A stretch of 52,490 bases of DNA from an uncultured Verrucomicrobiales bacterium. GTDB taxonomy: Bacteria > Verrucomicrobiota > Verrucomicrobiia > Verrucomicrobiales > DEV007. The stretch's first letter is position 1. Each line of letters opens with the position of its first letter. Shown here piece by piece: positions 50,328-52,490 of this stretch. Made by a program: the position numbers and the translations under genes. The stretch spans positions 1-52,490 of the forward strand of contig CALKOM010000111.1 of NCBI GenBank assembly GCA_938091905.1, read 5' to 3'. Below the pieces are notes generated by a model. It searched no databases, had not been told where the DNA came from, and saw nothing but the letters and a program-made list of their open reading frames with translations.

Positions 50328-50877
50328 CTACTCACTATGCAGTCGCCAATAGATTCTCCAGAACAGCTCCCAATAGTTTTCCTGACTGGGATTTAAATCA
50401 GGATAGCCTGGAATAAGGCAACCTTGAAACCTGTAGGAGTCTGGTTCCTCTTCTATGACGAGTCCCGGTTGCACCGGATTTCCACGGATGTACCCAGCCA
50501 TGATTTCGAAGGCTCCCTTCTCCCGTTCTTCAATAGAGAGCACGTGATCATAGGCCTGATCTTGCCAGGCAAAGGTTGGCTTTAGTAGTAGCTTTTCGAA
50601 AGTGCGTCATCGCTTTCCGTTGATCGGAGTGTGGGTAGTGCCCCACCCACAGCAGATGGACATGATCCGGCATGAGGCAATACACGGGGCAAACCAGGTG
50701 AAATCTCCCAAGAGAATGTGTAAGAATCTCGCGGAAGGTTAGGTGCCAGGAATCCGTTAGCCAACCTTGCTTACGGTCTTTGAGAGTGAGCGTCCAATGG
50801 ACGTAAGTGGGTCCGCAATAGTGTTCTTCTGGCAAACGACGAAGGCGAGAGCGTTCGTGAGGAAGTTTCCCATCCAT
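50328..50877 (-). pseudogene. REP-associated tyrosine transposase (RAYT, Y1/HUH), frameshifted
   Basis: RLRRL, HWT..L, YCLMPDHVHLL (HUH motif). After a frameshift near 50585-50595 come FAWQDQAYDHVL and YIRGNPV..GLV. Flanked by REPs. Confidence 0.88.
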
Positions 50878-50934
50878 GGAGCAGTGATAGGTGTTTGGGG
50901 AAGAGCGTCGAGCAGAATCGATTTGGTTCTAAAG

Positions 50935-51046
50935 GTAGCCGCGGCCATGAGGATGCCGAGCGGATTAGAAAGCTGTAGCCGTGGCCGTGAGGACTCAGAC
51001 AGACTCGTCGCGGTGCACAGTTCCGAACGCTCACGCGTCCGGCTAC
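50935..51046. repeat. REP cluster, family C
   Basis: GTAGCCGCGGCCATGAGG (50935), GTAGCCGTGGCCGTGAGG (50975) and an inverted CTCACGCGTCCGGCTAC (51030-51046). Confidence 0.8.
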
Positions 51047-51826
51047 CGAATTTCTTTCTCGGCTTTCATCGACGCCTGATCGAGCCGCTGCCTTACACGT
51101 TTGGCAATCTCGGTTTCCTCTTTCAGTCTGAGGACTACGTCTCCCAGCTCTTGGTCGCGCTTTGGCAAGTCGAGGCTGGTCGGGTGAAGGATCGCATCGA
51201 GGTTATAGCGTGTTTCGCGAAGCGTCTTGTAGGCTTGCGAGATTCCGCTGACGAGTTCGCGTTGGTGATCTTCCAATTCAGATTTCTGTTCGTCGGTAAT
51301 CTGAAGGTCAGGTCAGGTCAGGTCGAGCGAGGCGGCCTTGCACTTGGGCCAGGGCGTCCAATTCGTCGGCAACGCCAAAGCTGACGGCATCGACGATAGC
51401 TTCAACGTCGGCTGCGGATACCGGGACGTCGTCGCCACCTGAGATCTCTTCTTCGATCTCGCGTTTCAGCTCCGCAAACTTGCCTAACGTGATCGCCAAG
51501 TCGCTCGCGCGGCTCTTGCGAAGACGTTTGAGCCGCTGCGACATGGCATCCTCTTGCTTCAAATTCGATTTCTTGATGACCTGTTTGAGAATACGTCTCC
51601 CAAGCGCCTTGCCAGTCAGTCGCCAGTAATACTACAAGGCTAGTGTGGTGACCGCTACGAGGATGAGGCTGATCCACCACAAGGGTTTGAGAATATAGAG
51701 AAGAAGGCCTAGGGCCCCGTAGACGGCCCAGGTCACAGGGGAGGAGAGCCGGGCAAGCCACTTGCGTGTCTGAATTTCTTCTTCGGCGATGGGAAGCCTG
51801 AATTTGCGTGGGACGCGTTTCATCAA
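51043..51826 (-). pseudogene. Membrane-anchored coiled-coil protein broken by an in-frame TAG and a pentamer-repeat frameshift
   Basis: 51632..51826 and 51308..51562 are in frame across TAG 51632. Removing two of the four AGGTC copies (51305-51324) joins 51043..51276 in frame. Confidence 0.65.
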
Positions 51827-51872
51827 TCAAGTGAGCTCCTGCCCGTTGGAATGGACGGGCAGCACCATGGCC

Positions 51873-52490
51873 TCAGTCTCCTCGACCGCAGGAGGCTTGC
51901 CAAGCCTGAGCGGCTTGCTGCATGGCGAGGGCTTTGTCAGGAAAGGCAGAGGCTAAGTTGTTAGTCTCGTGGGGATCGCCATTCAAATCATACAGTTCCA
52001 GGTCCTTTGGCCTCTTCTCTTGATAGACGAGCTTCATGTTGCCATGATGCCAGGCTACCGTTCCTCTAGACTGGAACCCGATGGGAGCTTGGCGCGTTGC
52101 TCCAGGATCATGGATTGCAGGGAGCAGGTTGATCCCATCAAGTTCGCGTTCTGGTAGGGCGAGATCGAGCACATTGAAGATGGTTGGCAGGTAGTCGCTT
52201 GTCACTGCGGGGAAAGCGGTCGTTCTCGCATGCTTGATCTTGGCTGGCCACTCTAGTAGGGCAGGCACACGCACGCCTCCTTCGTAGAGTGAGCGTTTGC
52301 GACCTCTGAACTCCCCAGTTGAGCCGGGAGACGTGGCATTGCCCTCGGGTCCGTTGTCGCTGCAGAACCAGACCATGGTGTCATTAGCAACGTCTAGTTC
52401 CCGAAGATGGGCACGAAGTCGGCCCACTTGCTCGTCGAGGGCTGTGATGCAGCCATAGTAGTTTCGCTCATGAAGATCGTGCTTCTGATA
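51873..52490 (-). CDS. Sulfatase, C-terminal part (runs off the window end)
   Basis: YYGCITALDEQVGRL, FCSDNGPE, RG.K.SLYEGGVRVP, ELYDL..DP.E..NLA. Confidence 0.9.
   Translation of the reverse strand, partial: YQKHDLHERNYYGCITALDEQVGRLRAHLRELDVANDTMVWFCSDNGPEGNATSPGSTGEFRGRKRSLYEGGVRVPALLEWPAKIKHARTTAFPAVTSDYLPTIFNVLDLALPERELDGINLLPAIHDPGATRQAPIGFQSRGTVAWHHGNMKLVYQEKRPKDLELYDLNGDPHETNNLASAFPDKALAMQQAAQAWQASCGRGD

Overview
Bacterial chromosomal window, about 55-58% GC by eye. It is most consistent with a Verrucomicrobiota (PVC) genome; this is inferred from the sulfatases, ThuA proteins, exosortase, Cys-less FmdB-like protein and a shared 'DxDGDG...RFxxL' C-terminal module. Intact housekeeping genes include aroB, hrpA, rnhA, purF/M/Q/L, a PurS-like gene, mog, aas-like, folP, rppH-like, secDF-yajC-tgt and a BI-1/YccA gene. 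These are interspersed with secreted hydrolases and an unusually large number of decayed genes: purC, rtcA, rtcR, DUF1624, a secretin-N-like gene, a RAYT transposase and others. The window opens in the right end of an IS66 element. Five signals are not shown by the ORF track. (1) A membrane-anchored peroxiredoxin-like selenoprotein at 7000-7791 (-), with an in-frame UGA in a W-U-P-F-C motif followed by a SECIS-like hairpin. (2) A roughly 150-nt GC-rich, rod-like structured RNA candidate (6S-like) at about 24220-24375. (3) Three distinct GTAG-type REP families, one flanking a frameshifted RAYT. (4) Gene erosion through apparent microhomology-bounded internal deletions. (5) A C-terminal module shared by two unrelated secreted proteins, which may be a sorting signal. 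All family assignments come from motif recognition by eye; no searches were run.
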